NCBI GenBank assembly: GCA_963778655.1
Contig: CAVZVA010000010.1
Span: 992,001 to 1,056,000 of the forward strand
Length of the DNA: 64,000 bases
Reading direction: 5' to 3'
DNA from: an uncultured delta proteobacterium
Lineage (GTDB): Bacteria; Myxococcota_A; Polyangia; Polyangiales; JAFGIB01
Part shown: positions 62,550 to 64,000 of the stretch, one piece after another
Layout of the letters: the number at the start of each line of letters is the position of its first letter
How positions within the stretch are numbered: the stretch's first letter is position 1
Notes under the pieces: model-generated
Told to the model about the DNA's origin: nothing
Seen by the model: only the letters and a program-made list of their open reading frames with translations
The model's database searches: none
Program-made: the position numbers and the translations under genes

Positions 62550-63483
62550 CCACGTAGAGGGTCGAATCGGCGGGCATCAGTCCCGTAGCGAGATTGCCGA
62601 CGTACCATTGGCCCCAGCTCGAATCGTCGGTGACTATGCCTTTCGCGTCGAGCAGAAGTTGCCCATCCTGGTAGAGCGCAACCTCACCCGTCGCGTCGGC
62701 CGCGCGCTCGAGGTATAGCTCGAGGTGAAACCAAGAACCGATCGGGATCGGCGTGGGATTCGCGGGGCGGCGCGTCATGCCGTTCAAGAAATCGAAGACC
62801 ACGGCCTGCAGGCTACCATCCGGCCCATTGACCAGCGAAATGTCCCAGAGCCCGTGCTGGACGGGGCTATTGGCGTCGCCGCCCTGGAAGTGCACCAGGT
62901 TCCAGTTTCCCGAGCTCATAGCGAGCGCCGGTACGAAGTACCATGCGCCGTAGTACGCGGCAGCTGGCAGGACGCCCTGGCGTACGCAGCGCGCCTGGTG
63001 AGCCGTCGGGTCGCCGCTGCGCACGGTGAATGCCGCGGCGTAGTGCCCGGAATGCACCGGAGAGGTCACGGTCACATACGTCGCCATGGGATCGCCGTAG
63101 CAGAAGCCCGCCACCTGCGTGTAGTCGCAGAAGCGATTTTCAAATCCGGTAGACCAGGGAACACCGACGGGCTCGGTCATGTTCGGAATCGGCGTGCTGG
63201 CGTCGTTCTCCTCGCACGCCCAGTGGCCGACGTTGAGCTTGGGTTCACAGGCTGCAAGCCCGCCCAGCGCGGCGAGCGCGAGGCCGACCTGCAACAGCCA
63301 GCTCGAGTCAGCCCGCGCCTGCGGTCCGCGTTGCTCAGCTGAGCGCGACCTTCTGGTGCGGCGCCCGCGAGGTAGAATCAATCCTCGCGAGCGATGCGGG
63401 CCCGATCGCGGCGTTACCGCAGCTTGAGCGATAGGGAGTATTCCTGCGCTGCGGCGCTTTATGCTCGGACCCACCTCCCTCAC
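62521..63483 (-). CDS. Putative lipoprotein with a jelly-roll (polysaccharide lyase/ConA-like) domain
   Basis: Lipobox LAAC; WSTGFE, PVHSG, YYGAWYF, PIGSWFHLE.Y, G.VALYQDG, LYVDDV. True start may be TTG at 63294. Confidence 0.68.
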   Translation of the reverse strand: MREVGPSIKRRSAGILPIAQAAVTPRSGPHRSRGLILPRGRRTRRSRSAEQRGPQARADSSWLLQVGLALAALGGLAACEPKLNVGHWACEENDASTPIPNMTEPVGVPWSTGFENRFCDYTQVAGFCYGDPMATYVTVTSPVHSGHYAAAFTVRSGDPTAHQARCVRQGVLPAAAYYGAWYFVPALAMSSGNWNLVHFQGGDANSPVQHGLWDISLVNGPDGSLQAVVFDFLNGMTRRPANPTPIPIGSWFHLELYLERAADATGEVALYQDGQLLLDAKGIVTDDSSWGQWYVGNLATGLMPADSTLYVDDVTIRSTR

Positions 63484-63714
63484 GATCCCTTGATCCTATC
63501 TCGCGGGCGCTGCACTGGGCGACGCGACCATGCGCGTACTGTTCAATGGAAGCGGCGCTTTGTCACCCGACTTCGAGGTGTGCCGGCGCTTCGGACCCGC
63601 GAGGGCTCGAAGAATTGCGTGACGGATTCGCGATCGGGCCGCCACTGCACGAGGTATGGCGCTAGGCCGAGGCCGTTCGAACCAGGCCCCGCGGATACTT
63701 CGCGGCGGTCGTCC

Positions 63715-64000
63715 ATGAAGCGATCGCTTCTTTGGGCCTCGTGGCTTGCAATGACTGGGACGCCTCTCGCGTGCTCCGGTGCTCGAAAGGACGCCGCGAC
63801 CGGAGGCGCGACTGGGTTGACCGACGGAAGCCCCGGCGCTGTCGTGCCTGGAGTTGGAGGCAGCGCCGGCAGCGGCGTCGCGACCGGCGGCAACGGCGCT
63901 TGCCCTGCCGGCGGGGCGAGCGCCGTGAGCGGCAGTCGACACCTTCGTCGCAGCGACGCTCGGCCCCGAATGGGAGTGGAACCACAACCCCGACGACAGG
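63715..64000 (+). CDS. Partial lipoprotein with GH43 C-terminal-domain-like sequence (frameshift near 63934; runs off the window)
   Basis: MKRSLLWASWLAMTGTPLAC lipobox and Gly-rich linker; in the +1 frame, VDTFVAATLGPEWEWNHNPDD. Confidence 0.6.
   Translation, partial: MKRSLLWASWLAMTGTPLACSGARKDAATGGATGLTDGSPGAVVPGVGGSAGSGVATGGNGACPAGGASAVSGSRHLRRSDARPRMGVEPQPRRQ

Noticed and set aside
63496..63987. Minus-strand ORFs at the window end
   Set aside because: Better explained as the antisense of the plus-strand lipoprotein starting at 63715.
57366..64000. Prophage or integrative element at tRNA-Leu
   Set aside because: No integrase, phage genes or duplicated tRNA 3' end within the window.

Overview
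Very GC-rich (roughly 70%+ by eye) bacterial chromosomal window, most likely Myxococcota/Polyangia. That call is inferred from Gly-rich-linker lipoproteins, an ECF sigma/TPR anti-sigma pair, and a split atp operon with b'/b subunits preceded by bactofilin. Left to right: tpm; a vapBC toxin-antitoxin pair; ogt and ada/alkA; a DUF2089/SHOCT-like trio; a FadL-like porin plus lipoprotein; a MoaD/ThiS + BNR propeller pair; two ABC exporter halves; a truncated gene ending in a 46-bp direct repeat; a CzcCBA-like RND operon behind a His/Cys-rich leader ending in QGPP; a KirBac channel; XPB helicase plus partner; serB; rhomboid; a HlyD/ABC-2 system; msrPQ followed by a Met/His-repeat exported protein; trxC; hom; bactofilin; atpF'FHAGDC; rnc; tRNA-Leu(TAG); and an accessory ECF-sigma/xylan-degradation region carrying three +1 frameshifts. 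The most notable unannotated signal is a ~290-nt orphan structured RNA candidate (39101-39391) with its own sigma70-like promoter and intrinsic terminator. Also notable are a 126-bp structured insert flanked by a 25-bp duplication between atpG and atpD, which belongs to a dispersed repeat family, the putative ribosome-stalling metal-sensing leader, and the MrpX-like Met-rich protein. All family calls are from motif recognition; no database searches were run.
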